NCBI GenBank assembly: GCA_051252135.1
Contig: JBPOGH010000009.1
Span: forward strand, 96,001-160,000
From: Verrucomicrobiaceae bacterium
GTDB taxonomy: Bacteria > Verrucomicrobiota > Verrucomicrobiia > Verrucomicrobiales > Akkermansiaceae
Reading direction: 5' to 3'
DNA length: 64,000 nt
Under the pieces are notes generated by a model. The model searched no databases. It saw only the letters and a program-made list of their open reading frames with translations, and was not told the origin of the DNA. Below are positions 1 through 9,429 of the stretch, piece by piece (within the stretch, counting starts at the first letter, position 1; every line of letters starts with the position of its first letter). Made by a program: the position numbers and the translations under genes.

Positions 1-592
1 GGACGAGGCCGGAGGTGGAGACGGTGATGCGTCGGGCGCCGATGTTGAGACCCCAGTCCGAGGTGATCATTTCGAGGGCGAGACTGAGATTGGTGAAGTT
101 GGCGAGGGGTTCGCCCATGCCCATGAAGACGAGGTTGTTGACCTTTTCGCCGGAGAGTTCCTCGGCGAGGATGATTTGGGAGACGATCTCGGCGGCGGTG
201 AGGTTGCGGGTGAAGCCATCGAGTCCGGAGGCGCAGAACTTGCAACCGTAGGCGCAGCCGACCTGGGAGGAGACGCAGAGGGTGTGGCGGTCCGAGGTTT
301 CGCCGTAGAGGGCGGGGGAGGCGGGGATGAGGACGGTCTCGATGTAGCGCTTGTCGGGGAGCTGGAGGAGGAACTTGCGGGTGGTGTCGGCAGAGCCCTT
401 GGTGAGGGTGTGGGTGAGGGGGCGGAGGGGGTATTGGGCGGCGAGGGCCTCGCGGAGGGCGGGGGGGAGGTTGCTCATTTCTTCCCATGACTGCGCGCGT
501 TTTTTGTAGATCCAGTCGAGGATCTGGTCGGCGCGGTAGGAGGGTTGGCCTTGCTCGGTGAGGAGATCGGCGAGTTGTGAGCGGGTCAGCAT
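1..592 (-). CDS. rlmN: 23S rRNA (adenine2503-C2)-methyltransferase RlmN, radical SAM; 3' end runs off window
   Basis: Manual translation from ATG at 592: MLTRSQLADLL...YRADQILDWIY...RHTLCVSSQVGCAYGCKFCASG...NNLVFMGMGEPL...IGARRITVSTSG. Contains the CxxxCxxC and MGMGEP motifs of RlmN. Confidence 0.93.
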   Translation of the reverse strand, partial: MLTRSQLADLLTEQGQPSYRADQILDWIYKKRAQSWEEMSNLPPALREALAAQYPLRPLTHTLTKGSADTTRKFLLQLPDKRYIETVLIPASPALYGETSDRHTLCVSSQVGCAYGCKFCASGLDGFTRNLTAAEIVSQIILAEELSGEKVNNLVFMGMGEPLANFTNLSLALEMITSDWGLNIGARRITVSTSGLV

Positions 593-903
593 GCGGGGAG
601 ATTAGAACCGCAGATGAGGGAAATGAACAGGATGAGATGGGGAAATCCTCAATCCGGAGAAACCCTAAATTCTAGAATTTGAAATTCTAAACAAACTCCA
701 AATCTGAAATGCGAAGTTCGAAACTGGTTATTGATGGTCGGGAGTCTGAGTGGTTGGCTTTGCTTGGTTGAGGGGGATTTGACCACAGAGAGAGCAGAGA
801 GAACGGAGCTTTGGTGGGTTGGGTGGTTGCGGGGGGCCTGCGGGTGGGTTGTTTGGTGGGGCGGGGTGCCGGGCTTGGCCAGGAGATTGGGGGGATGGGT
901 GGG

Positions 904-964
904 ACCAGGGCGGCGCTCGTTCCTCGCTCTGCCCTTCGCTGCGTTATTTCGGCCCGTTGGGCCT
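904..964. repeat. REP-like palindromic extragenic repeat (homologous copy at 46625-46679)
   Basis: ACCAGGGCGGCGCTCGTTCCTCGCTCTGCCCTTCGCTGCGTTATTTCGGCCCGTTGGGCCT aligns with ACCAGGGCGTCGCTCCGCTTTGCCCTTCGCTACGTTAGGTCAGCCCGTTGGGCTT; internal AGGGC/GCCCT stem. Confidence 0.65.
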
Positions 965-985
965 GTTGGGTGGTTGCGGGTGGGG

Positions 986-1666
986 CTAGTTTTTTTGGAA
1001 GCGGATGCGGTAGAAGTGTTTTTGGGTGGGGGAGTCTTGGGTGAGGGTGATGGTGGTGGAGCCGGGATTTTGTTGGAAGGTGGCGGGGAGGGGGAGCCAG
1101 GTGGGGGCGTCGGGTGAGGCGGCTGCTTCGATGGAGGCGAAGGTGGGGAGGGCGGGGGAGACGATCCAGGTGACGGTGTTTCCGGTGCGTTCGAGGGTGA
1201 GGGTTTTGAGGGAGTCGGAGGGGTCGCGGGGGTTGGTGCCGAGGAGGGCTTCGGCGAGGGTGGTGAGTCCGTCGCCATCGTGGTCGATCCCACTTTCGTC
1301 GGTTCCGTTGTTGAATTGGTAGAGGGCTTCGAAGTTGTCGGAGAGGCCATCGCCATCGGAGTCGGCGAGGGTGGGCCCGGAGGCGGTGGCGTTGACGGAG
1401 GCGGGAGCGGCGGTGGGGTTGAGGGGGGAGTTGTTGGGCTCGTTGGCGAGGGTGAAGTTGAGGGAGGCGGGGGCGGGGAGGAGGGGGCCCCATTTGAGGA
1501 TGCCGCGGGCGGCATCGAAGGAGCCGCCGTGGCTGGCATTTTTAACGATGGTTCCGGCGGGGAGGGGGAGTTCGACGAAGGCGGGATCCGCGGTGGGTTG
1601 GATGGTGATGGAGTAGGTTCCGGCGAAGACGGGGGTGGTGAGGAGGAGAAGGAGGAGAGGTTTCAT
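986..1666 (-). CDS. Secreted protein: cohesin-like beta-sandwich, DxDxDG Ca-binding repeats, C-terminal F-x-R sorting-like domain
   Basis: 226 aa. Signal peptide MKPLLLLLL..VFA; LPAGT...SHGGSFD...LKWGP segment; DSDGDG and DHDGDG motifs; ends QKHFYRIRFQKN. Confidence 0.8.
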   Translation of the reverse strand: MKPLLLLLLTTPVFAGTYSITIQPTADPAFVELPLPAGTIVKNASHGGSFDAARGILKWGPLLPAPASLNFTLANEPNNSPLNPTAAPASVNATASGPTLADSDGDGLSDNFEALYQFNNGTDESGIDHDGDGLTTLAEALLGTNPRDPSDSLKTLTLERTGNTVTWIVSPALPTFASIEAAASPDAPTWLPLPATFQQNPGSTTITLTQDSPTQKHFYRIRFQKN

Positions 1667-1686
1667 TTTATGAAATGGTGGTGGGT

Positions 1687-4600
1687 TTAGTCGCGGAGGG
1701 ACTGGGGGAGGGAGATGAGTGAGAAGGAGCCATCGTTGCTGAGGGAGTAGGTTTGGTTCCCGGTGGTGGTGGCATTGGCGGCGGTGAAGTGGACGAGGAA
1801 GTCCTGCATGCCGGAGGAGTGGAAGACGAGGTCGGGCCAGCCGTCGGCGTTGAAGTCGGCGAGGGACATGGTGGAGCGGCCATCCGGTCTTTCGGGGGTG
1901 AGATCGGTGGTGATGGCGGCGGCGGAGTTGAGGATTTGGTGCCGGTAGGTGGAAGTGAAGGGGTCCTCGGAGAGGAGGGTGGTGGAGCCATCCGGGTTGA
2001 CGGCAGCGGCGCGGGGAATCCAGTTGCCCTGGGTGGCGAGGTGGATGGTGGCGGTAGCGGATGGACCGGTGGCGGTGCCCTTCCAGGTGATGAGGTTGGC
2101 GTTGGAGTCCCGGCCGGCGTAGTCGAGGAGGCCGTCCTGATCGAAGTCACCGAGGCCGATGACGTGTTGTCCGGAGGTGAGGGTGATGAGGGTGCGGGCG
2201 ATGAATTTGTTATTGGCGGCATCGCGCTCCCAGAACTCGAAGTAGTTGTTTCCGTTGAACTCGCGCTGGACGAAGAGGCCACTTGCTCCGGTGGGGGAGA
2301 GGCGGCCGTAGAGGACGGGGGTGAGGGTGTCGGCGAGGGCGGAGCGGGTGTCCTCGTCAAGCCAGAGGGTCATGCTTTGGAGGGCGCCGCCTGCGGTGAA
2401 AGTGCCGAGTTGGAGTTCGGTGGTGAAGGTGGAGAAGTCGGTGCGATCGAAGGGGTAGAGGATGGTGGGTCCGGTGAAAACGCCTCCGGAGGTGGTGGTT
2501 GAGGGGAGCGGGGTGGCGGGTGGGGGGAAGTTGCCGGGGCCATTGAGGTCCGCGGGTGAGTTGGTGAAGTAGTTTCCGATTTCCTCGGGGGTTTCGCCGG
2601 GTTCGGGATCGGGGTCGTCCGGAGGTTTGGGGAGGTCCTCGGGTGGGACGGGGTGGTCCTCGCGCTTTTTCTTTTGTTCGTCGCAGTAGAGGAGTGATTT
2701 GTCGTCGTTGTAATTATGGATGACGCTGAGGGCGAGGCCGAGGTTTTCGATGTTGGTGTAGGCGGTGAAGATGGATTGCTGGAGGGCGGAGCCGCGGATG
2801 AGCTCGTAGTCCCGCAGGGAGATGCCTCCGCAGCAGTGGTTGTAGAACTCGAAGGGGCTGGATCGGGGGGCGCTGCCGAGGGGGGTGCAGATGATGAGGT
2901 CGTCCTCGACGGTGGGGATGCGGACGGTGGAGTGGTGGTTGATGTCGACCTTTTGGTAGACGGCGGTGACGGAGGAGTAGAGGGTGCGGTTAGGGTCCTC
3001 GGTATCCTGCGGGTAGACGATGGTGCCGCTGACGGTGAAGTTGAGGTCGGGCCGGGCTTCGGTGCGGGGGTATTCGACGGTGGCGGCGTAGAGGATGGTT
3101 TCGTCATCCTCCGGGTGGATGGTGGGGCCGAAGGTGTCGATGACTTCCCCGCGTCCGCTGAGCCAGGTGATGGCGAGTCCGGATTCATCGGTGTTGTCGT
3201 CCTTGGTGAGGGAGTATTCGAAGTGGATTTGGTAGATGTCGGGAGAAACGGTGATGATCTCAACGACGGGATCGCCGTTGCCTTTTCCAAAGTGGGGGAG
3301 CCATGCGGAGTCGCGCGGGTCGCCGGCGAGTTGTTCGTCAGAGAAGTAGTCCCCGCCGATTTGTGCGGCGGTGCGCTCGACGATGGGTTGGGTGGGGTTT
3401 TGGAAATCGAGGAGGGCGAGGGCGACTCCGCTGCTGGAGGTCTCGAAGGTGCGGGAGTCGGGCCGGGAGTCGGCGACTTCCTTATCGAAGCTGGTGATGA
3501 GTTGGCCGAGGCCGGTGATGAGCGGGGTGCCGTCGATGGTGGTGCCATTGACGGTGATGGGGCTGTTGAGATCGGAGGGCTGGAAGTCTCCGTAGCCGGC
3601 GTTGAAGGAGAAGGTTTTGGTGGGGAAGAGCATGCCCTCGGCGAGGGTGGAGGGGTTGAGCTGGTAGGTTTCTGCGGCCTGGACGAACTTGAGGCAGGGT
3701 CCGGTGGTGTAGTATCCTTGGGCGACGAAGTCATCCTCGCCGGTGGCGCGGACGGTGATCTCGGCTTCCGGTTCGTCGGGGAGGGTGAGGGTGGCGGTGG
3801 TGTCTCCGGTGGGGGTGAGGGTGCCGCCGCCGCGAATGATCTCCCAGGTTTCGACTTTGAAATCGGGGTCGGGTTTGTGGGGGAAGGCGGTGATGGAGAT
3901 GGTCTCGCCGGGGTCACGGCAGATTTTGGTGGGGTCGAGATCGAAGACCTTGGCGCGGTAGAAGATGGTGGCGGACTCCGAGACGGCGGGGTAGGAGTTG
4001 GCCTCGAGGCAGCCCATGGCCTGGGATTCGGCGATGACGAGGAGGGGGTATTTTTCGTGGTCGGTGGGGACGGGGTAGTTTTCGAGGTCGTGGGTGGATT
4101 CGGTGGAGCGGAAGGGTGAGTTTACGTTGGTGATTTCCTGGTAGACCTTTTTTCCTTCTTTGTCGTAGATGGACCATTTGAGGTCCTTGTTCTCGTAGGA
4201 GCTGGAGATGTCGACGGTGAGTTTGGGCGGGTCGTCGAAGTCATCGAGCGAGTAGGTGGGCGGCTGGAAGGAGAGGCGGGGGTGGTCGCTGAGGAGGACG
4301 GCGTCCTGTTTGAAGGGGGGGGTGTTGGGGAGGTTGTTGTCTCCGAAGTTGAGGCTGGTGGTGGTTTTGATTTTGAGCTCGATGAGATCGCGTCCGGGGG
4401 TGACGGGCTCGAAGCAGTGCTTGAGACCTTCGTAGAGGGCGAAGCGTCCGAGTTTGCTGGTGAGGATGACCTTGGGGTCGTCGTTGTCATTTGGGACGGG
4501 GATGTCGGACCAGGTGCAGGAGGGGGGGCTGTAGTCGAGGCCTTTGATTTGGTTGTAGGTGCCATCGATGGCGGCTTGGCGTGCTTTGCCGAGGTCGCTG

Positions 4601-5997
4601 GAGTAGTAGTCGACGAGGGCGTCTGCGACTTTGCCTTTGTTGCCCTCGGCGAGGCCTTTGAGGTCGTCGGGTCCGGGGACTTTGTTATCGAGGAGGTATT
4701 TGGCCATTGAGAAGGAGTCGGAGGTGATGGAGGCCTTGAAGTTGGCGAAGCAGGCGATGCCGCACTCGCCGCTCAGGTGTGGGCTGTCGGTGGGCATGGG
4801 TTGGGGGAGCGGGTTGGAGTTTCCGTCCCGGAGGTCGTAGGTGAGGCGGGTGAAGGTTTTGGGGAGCATTTTTTTGTCCCACTCGCTGAGGAGGCTGTGG
4901 AGTTCGAGGGGGATGGTGATGGCGAGGCCGGCGCGTTTGGCGAGGAGTTTGCTATCGGAGGCGAGGCGTTCGCCGAGTTTTTCGGCGCCTTCCTGGAGTT
5001 TTTCGAGTGCTTTGTCCTGGGCTTTTTTGGCGAGGGACTCGTCGTTTTCAGCGGCCTCGAGCTTGGCGCGGTGGATGGTGAAGTCGATGAGGTCGACCCA
5101 ATTGTTGATGGTGACGCAATCCGAGGAATTCCGGGTGGAGCGGGTGTTCCGGGTGGCGACCGGTTGAGGGGAGAGAGGGTCGGGGAGGTTGGCTTTTCCG
5201 GAGTAGAGGGCGAAGAGTTCTTCGGCGATGAGGATTTCGAGTTCGGTGTCAGCGGTGGCGGGTGCGTTTTTGAGGCGGCGGATGGTTTCGGCGGAGTGCT
5301 TGAGGTAGGCGTAGTGGTAGCCCATGAGCTTTTCGAAGGTGGAGGTGGCGGCGCCGGTGGAGAGGTTTTGGACGGTGGTGTCGGGATTCCATTGGCCGTG
5401 GTTGGCGATGGCGGCTGCGGTGGATTCCATGAAGGCGGGGAGGTTGATCTGTGAGCGGTCGATGGGGAGGAGGCGGAGGTGGCCGAGGCGCCAGGTTTGG
5501 GAGGAGTCGCTGACTTCGATCTCGATGTCACGGGTGGGGAGCCAGGGAGAGGGGACGTAGGGGGCGAGGAAGGAGAAGGAGTTGTTGCCGGTGTCGATAT
5601 CGAGGCTGAGCCATTCCTGAGTGTGGAGGGGGCGGAAGCGGGCGGTGAGGGTGCCGTTGGGGTTGGAGAGGCCGATAATCTCGACGTCTTCGAGCGGGAG
5701 GCAGGCGCGGGTGGTGAGGGAGAGGTAGTCGTTTCCAGCGGGAGGTGAGGGGAGCCAGTTGTGGGGCTGGGGGAGCTGGGTGTTTTCGAGGTAGGTTTCA
5801 CCGGAGCGCCAGATGAACCAGGCTTGGGCGAAGTCGGGATCGTCGAGGCCGTTGTTTTTGGAAGCGGGGTCGGTGATGAGGGAAAGGGCGTTGGCGAGCT
5901 CGGTGGCGGTGATGCGCTGGTCCTGATTGAGATCGGCCGGGTGGGAGAGGGCGAGAAGGGGGAGTTGGAGAGTGAGGAGAAGGACGAGGAGGCGCAT
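1687..5997 (-). CDS. Large secreted protein: N-terminal dockerin/EF-hand-like motif, helical region, Ig-like segments, C-terminal FG-GAP repeats
   Basis: 1436 aa. Signal peptide; HPADLNQDQRITATEL; C-terminal GDFDQDGLLDY and ADFNADGWPDL; codon usage matches neighbours. Confidence 0.85.
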   Translation of the reverse strand: MRLLVLLLTLQLPLLALSHPADLNQDQRITATELANALSLITDPASKNNGLDDPDFAQAWFIWRSGETYLENTQLPQPHNWLPSPPAGNDYLSLTTRACLPLEDVEIIGLSNPNGTLTARFRPLHTQEWLSLDIDTGNNSFSFLAPYVPSPWLPTRDIEIEVSDSSQTWRLGHLRLLPIDRSQINLPAFMESTAAAIANHGQWNPDTTVQNLSTGAATSTFEKLMGYHYAYLKHSAETIRRLKNAPATADTELEILIAEELFALYSGKANLPDPLSPQPVATRNTRSTRNSSDCVTINNWVDLIDFTIHRAKLEAAENDESLAKKAQDKALEKLQEGAEKLGERLASDSKLLAKRAGLAITIPLELHSLLSEWDKKMLPKTFTRLTYDLRDGNSNPLPQPMPTDSPHLSGECGIACFANFKASITSDSFSMAKYLLDNKVPGPDDLKGLAEGNKGKVADALVDYYSSDLGKARQAAIDGTYNQIKGLDYSPPSCTWSDIPVPNDNDDPKVILTSKLGRFALYEGLKHCFEPVTPGRDLIELKIKTTTSLNFGDNNLPNTPPFKQDAVLLSDHPRLSFQPPTYSLDDFDDPPKLTVDISSSYENKDLKWSIYDKEGKKVYQEITNVNSPFRSTESTHDLENYPVPTDHEKYPLLVIAESQAMGCLEANSYPAVSESATIFYRAKVFDLDPTKICRDPGETISITAFPHKPDPDFKVETWEIIRGGGTLTPTGDTTATLTLPDEPEAEITVRATGEDDFVAQGYYTTGPCLKFVQAAETYQLNPSTLAEGMLFPTKTFSFNAGYGDFQPSDLNSPITVNGTTIDGTPLITGLGQLITSFDKEVADSRPDSRTFETSSSGVALALLDFQNPTQPIVERTAAQIGGDYFSDEQLAGDPRDSAWLPHFGKGNGDPVVEIITVSPDIYQIHFEYSLTKDDNTDESGLAITWLSGRGEVIDTFGPTIHPEDDETILYAATVEYPRTEARPDLNFTVSGTIVYPQDTEDPNRTLYSSVTAVYQKVDINHHSTVRIPTVEDDLIICTPLGSAPRSSPFEFYNHCCGGISLRDYELIRGSALQQSIFTAYTNIENLGLALSVIHNYNDDKSLLYCDEQKKKREDHPVPPEDLPKPPDDPDPEPGETPEEIGNYFTNSPADLNGPGNFPPPATPLPSTTTSGGVFTGPTILYPFDRTDFSTFTTELQLGTFTAGGALQSMTLWLDEDTRSALADTLTPVLYGRLSPTGASGLFVQREFNGNNYFEFWERDAANNKFIARTLITLTSGQHVIGLGDFDQDGLLDYAGRDSNANLITWKGTATGPSATATIHLATQGNWIPRAAAVNPDGSTTLLSEDPFTSTYRHQILNSAAAITTDLTPERPDGRSTMSLADFNADGWPDLVFHSSGMQDFLVHFTAANATTTGNQTYSLSNDGSFSLISLPQSLRD

Positions 5998-6134
5998 GAG
6001 ATGACGGGGCAGAATTCGGGAGCAAGTGCGCCGATGATTCTATCGAAATGGGTGGGGTGAATCAAGGAAGGGAGGATGGGGAAATGTGATGCGGGATAAG
6101 GGATTGATTTGGAGGGAGCGGGAGAGGGGCTGTC

Positions 6135-6171
6135 AAAAAAAACCCTCATCGCGTGAGCGATGAGGGGTTTT
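6135..6171 (-). terminator. Rho-independent terminator after the PEP-CTERM gene
   Basis: AAAAAAAA-CCCTCATCGC-GTGA-GCGATGAGGG: perfect 10-bp stem with an A-run on the + strand (U-tract on -). Confidence 0.8.
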
Positions 6172-6192
6172 AGGAAGGGAGTTGGGGAAGGG

Positions 6193-6966
6193 TTACTTCC
6201 GCTTGCGGATCAGGCTGAAGCTGAGCATTCCGAGAGCCAGGATGGCGGTGGAGGAAGGTTCGGGGACGTGTGAGGCGTTGAACTCTTCAAATTGGAGGTT
6301 ATCAAAGACCCATGATTCACCGAGTTGTCCGTTGAAGGTCTGGGCGACGAAGGTGTCGATATTCGCTGGAATGCCACCGCCGTTGTTGCTGTCAGTGGCG
6401 TTGTCATCGATCAGGGTGGTGCCCACCCAATAATCGTAGGAGCCGGGGGCGACGGTCTGGGTGGTGGCATCCGGTGCGGTGTAGGTGTATATTGCGGCCG
6501 ATCCGTTGAAGAAGTATTTCACGGAACTGAGGGATGACGAGCTGGTGGAAATCCCGTCGGCACCGGCATCGACGGTGTGGGCGAAGTTTGGCTTTGGGGA
6601 ACCACCTGTGCTGCGTCCACCCTCGCCGAGCTGAAGGAAGAAAATATCAGTGTCAGCGGCAGCGGTATCGGAATCACCGAGGAAGGCGGTTTCGAAGCTC
6701 AAGATACCACAGGTGGCTGATGTTGTACTATTGACTTGGATGGCATCGCGACCACCGTCGGCGACGAGGAGAACCTGACCGGCCGCATTCACGCTGACGG
6801 TTCCGGTTGTACTATCGAGGTTGCCGGAGCCGGTGGCGGTGGAGCCACTGATGGGGTCTCCGTCTGAGTAGGCACTGAAGTTTTCAGTCCAGACGACGAC
6901 GGCTTGGGCTGAGCCGGAGAGGACGATTCCTGTAAAAAGCGCCAAGAGGGCGTGGGTAGATTTCAT
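6193..6966 (-). CDS. PEP-CTERM sorting domain protein
   Basis: Real start MKSTHALLALF (ATG 6966); ends VPEPSSTAILALGMLSFSLIRKRK. The upstream extension in the ORF track overlaps the GH3 gene. Confidence 0.9.
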   Translation of the reverse strand: MKSTHALLALFTGIVLSGSAQAVVVWTENFSAYSDGDPISGSTATGSGNLDSTTGTVSVNAAGQVLLVADGGRDAIQVNSTTSATCGILSFETAFLGDSDTAAADTDIFFLQLGEGGRSTGGSPKPNFAHTVDAGADGISTSSSSLSSVKYFFNGSAAIYTYTAPDATTQTVAPGSYDYWVGTTLIDDNATDSNNGGGIPANIDTFVAQTFNGQLGESWVFDNLQFEEFNASHVPEPSSTAILALGMLSFSLIRKRK

Positions 6967-7010
6967 GGTGTGTTGTGTCGTGTTCGTTGGGGACGTGAAA
7001 AGCCAAAACA

Positions 7011-7029
7011 GATTACAGCGTTGTAAATC
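7011..7029. promoter_or_regulatory. Candidate LacI-family operator
   Basis: CG-centred palindrome TTACAGCGTTGTAA about 47 bp upstream of the 6966 start. Confidence 0.45.
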
Positions 7030-7105
7030 GGCACGTCTCCCTGAAGGGAATGTCTCCAAGGGGAGGATTTGTGCAGTCAAAAAGTGCAATTTTTCGAGGG
7101 AGCTC

Positions 7106-9325
7106 CTATTGGACGAGCTCAATGTCGGTCTTTTGGTCGCCGATCTGGATGGTGAAGGTGCCTGGTTCGGCGGTCCATTGGTTGTCGTTGTTGACGAACT
7201 GGAAGGCGCTTGGGGGAAGGGTGAAGGTGACTTCCTGGGCTTCACCGGGTTTGAGGTCGACTTTGGTGAAGCCTTTGAGGGCTTTGACCTCGGGGGTGAT
7301 GGTGGCGAAGTGGTCGCTGAGGTAGAGTTGGGCGGTGTGCTTGCCTGCGCGGTCTCCGGTGTTGGTGATTTTGGCGGTGACGGTGAGGGTGTCGCCTGCG
7401 TTGAAGCTGGCTTTGTCGACCTTGAGTTCACTGGTGGTGAAGGTGGTGTAGGAGAGGCCGTGACCGAACTCAAACTGCGGGTGGTAGTTTTTGAGGGTGT
7501 CGCTGTTGAGGCCCTCGGTGTGCTTGTGGTTGTATTGCTGGAGGGCGTTGGTGAAGCGGGGGTAGTTGTAGGGGAGGCAGCCGGAGGGGTTGACCTGGCC
7601 GGTGATGATATCGACGAGGGCGTTGGCTCCCTGGTTACCGGGGAGGTAGGCGTTGAGGATGGCATTCATCTTGGGTTCGATGGGGTTGATGATGCGGGGG
7701 CGGCCTTGGGCGAGGACGAGGATGATGGGCTTGCCAGTTTTGGCGAGGGCTTTGGCGAGCTTGGTCTGGACCCAGAAGAGGCGGAGGGAGTCGATGTTTC
7801 CGGGGGTTTCGGTGTAGGGGCCTTCGCCGAGGCAGAGGATGATGGCGTCGACTTTTTCAGCGGCGGAGACGGCGGCGGGGATATCGACTTCCTCTTCGAT
7901 GGTGGTGCCGGGGACGTAGGTGATGTTTTCCGATCCGAGTTTGTCCTGGAAGGCTTCGAGGATGGTGTTGCTGGAGGCGGCCCATTCGTCTGATTTGTCG
8001 CCGGGCCAGGTGTAGGACCAGCCTCCGTTGAGGGAGTTCATGGTGTTGGCGGTGGGGCCGGTGACGAGGAGTTTTTTACCGGGGGCGAGGGGGAGGGTGG
8101 CGTCGGTATTCTTGAGGAGGGTGATGGACTCGGCTGCGGTGTCGTAGGCGAGTTGGGTGTGCTCGGCGGAGCCGAAAGCGGGGTAGTCGGCTGGGTCGGC
8201 GACGAGGGAGCGGTCGAAGAGGCCGAGCTCGAACTTGAGGGTGAGGATTTTGGTCACGGCGTCATCGATCCTGGACATGGGGACGGTGCCTTCCTTGGCG
8301 AGCGCGATGAGGTTGGTGGTGAAGGAGTAGTCATTGGGGACCATGGACATGTCGATCCCGGCCATGACGGCCATGCGGACGGCTTCCTTCATGTTGGGAG
8401 CGACCTTGTGGCGGGTGTGGAGGTAGATGATGTCTTCCCAATCGGTGAGGATGAGGCCTTTGAAGCCCATTTCCTTTTGAAGGATGTCGGTGAGGAGTTT
8501 CTTGCTGGCGTGGACGGGGGTGCCGTTGATCTCGCCGGAGTTGATCATGATGGTTTTGGCTCCGGCATCGATGGCGGCCTGGTAGATGGGGAGGTCCTTT
8601 TGGCGGAGGAGGCGATCGGGGATGATTGAGGGGGTGCGGTCGTCTCCGTGGATGGGGCTTCCGTAGCCGACGAAGTGCTTGATGCAGGCGGCGACCTTGT
8701 GAGGGTCGGTGATATCGGAGCCCTGATATCCGCGGACCATGGCGGCGCCGAGTTGGGTGGTGAGGTAGGAGTCCTGCCCGAAGGTTTCCCAGAGGCGGGG
8801 CCACTGGGTGGTGCGGGGGAGGTCGAGATCGGGCGAGAAGACCCAGGCGATGGAGGAGGCGCGGGTTTCGTAGGCGGAGACGGCGGCTCCTTTTTCGACG
8901 AGGTCGGCGCTGAAGGTAGCGGCTTGGCCGATTTGTTGGGGGAAGAGGGTGGCTCCGGCGGTGTAGGAGGCTCCGTGGATGGAGTCGATGCCGTAGAGGA
9001 TGGGGATTTGGGTGTCGTTGGCTTGGGTGGCCTTTTCAATCTCCGCCATGGTCTTGGCCCAGCCGGCGGGGTCGGGAGCGCCGGGATTAGGGACGTTGAG
9101 GAGGGAGCCGACCTTGTGGGTGTTGATGGCTTTCTGGAGTTTCTCGGGATTGAAGACTCCGGGCTCGTCCTGGAGAGCGGTGACGGTGATTTGGGTCATC
9201 TGCCCGACCTTTTCCTCGAGGGTGAGGGTGGCGAGAAGGTCTTTGGCCTTTTGAGCGGCGTCATTTGCGGACGCGGATAGAAGGGTGGCCAGAAGAAAAG
9301 CGATGGTGAGAGTGCTTCGTTGCAT
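7106..9325 (-). CDS. bglX: Glycoside hydrolase family 3 beta-glucosidase (BglX-like) with Fn3-like C-terminus
   Basis: TLEEKVGQMTQ, GIDSIHG, ACIKHFVGYG, GLILTDW (nucleophile Asp), FEFGHGLSYTTF, LKGFTKVDLKPGE; signal peptide. Confidence 0.92.
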   Translation of the reverse strand: MQRSTLTIAFLLATLLSASANDAAQKAKDLLATLTLEEKVGQMTQITVTALQDEPGVFNPEKLQKAINTHKVGSLLNVPNPGAPDPAGWAKTMAEIEKATQANDTQIPILYGIDSIHGASYTAGATLFPQQIGQAATFSADLVEKGAAVSAYETRASSIAWVFSPDLDLPRTTQWPRLWETFGQDSYLTTQLGAAMVRGYQGSDITDPHKVAACIKHFVGYGSPIHGDDRTPSIIPDRLLRQKDLPIYQAAIDAGAKTIMINSGEINGTPVHASKKLLTDILQKEMGFKGLILTDWEDIIYLHTRHKVAPNMKEAVRMAVMAGIDMSMVPNDYSFTTNLIALAKEGTVPMSRIDDAVTKILTLKFELGLFDRSLVADPADYPAFGSAEHTQLAYDTAAESITLLKNTDATLPLAPGKKLLVTGPTANTMNSLNGGWSYTWPGDKSDEWAASSNTILEAFQDKLGSENITYVPGTTIEEEVDIPAAVSAAEKVDAIILCLGEGPYTETPGNIDSLRLFWVQTKLAKALAKTGKPIILVLAQGRPRIINPIEPKMNAILNAYLPGNQGANALVDIITGQVNPSGCLPYNYPRFTNALQQYNHKHTEGLNSDTLKNYHPQFEFGHGLSYTTFTTSELKVDKASFNAGDTLTVTAKITNTGDRAGKHTAQLYLSDHFATITPEVKALKGFTKVDLKPGEAQEVTFTLPPSAFQFVNNDNQWTAEPGTFTIQIGDQKTDIELVQ

Positions 9326-9429
9326 GATTGTGACAATTATCTTGGATGGTTTTGGGCGAGGTGCAAGACAGGAAGAAAAATCCTTCCTCCCTGGAGGTTA
9401 ATTTGTTAAGATATTCAATACCTCCTAAT

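Noticed and set aside
6967..7665. 490-aa extended version of the PEP-CTERM ORF
   Set aside because: The extension overlaps the GH3 gene out of frame; the signal peptide starts at 6966.
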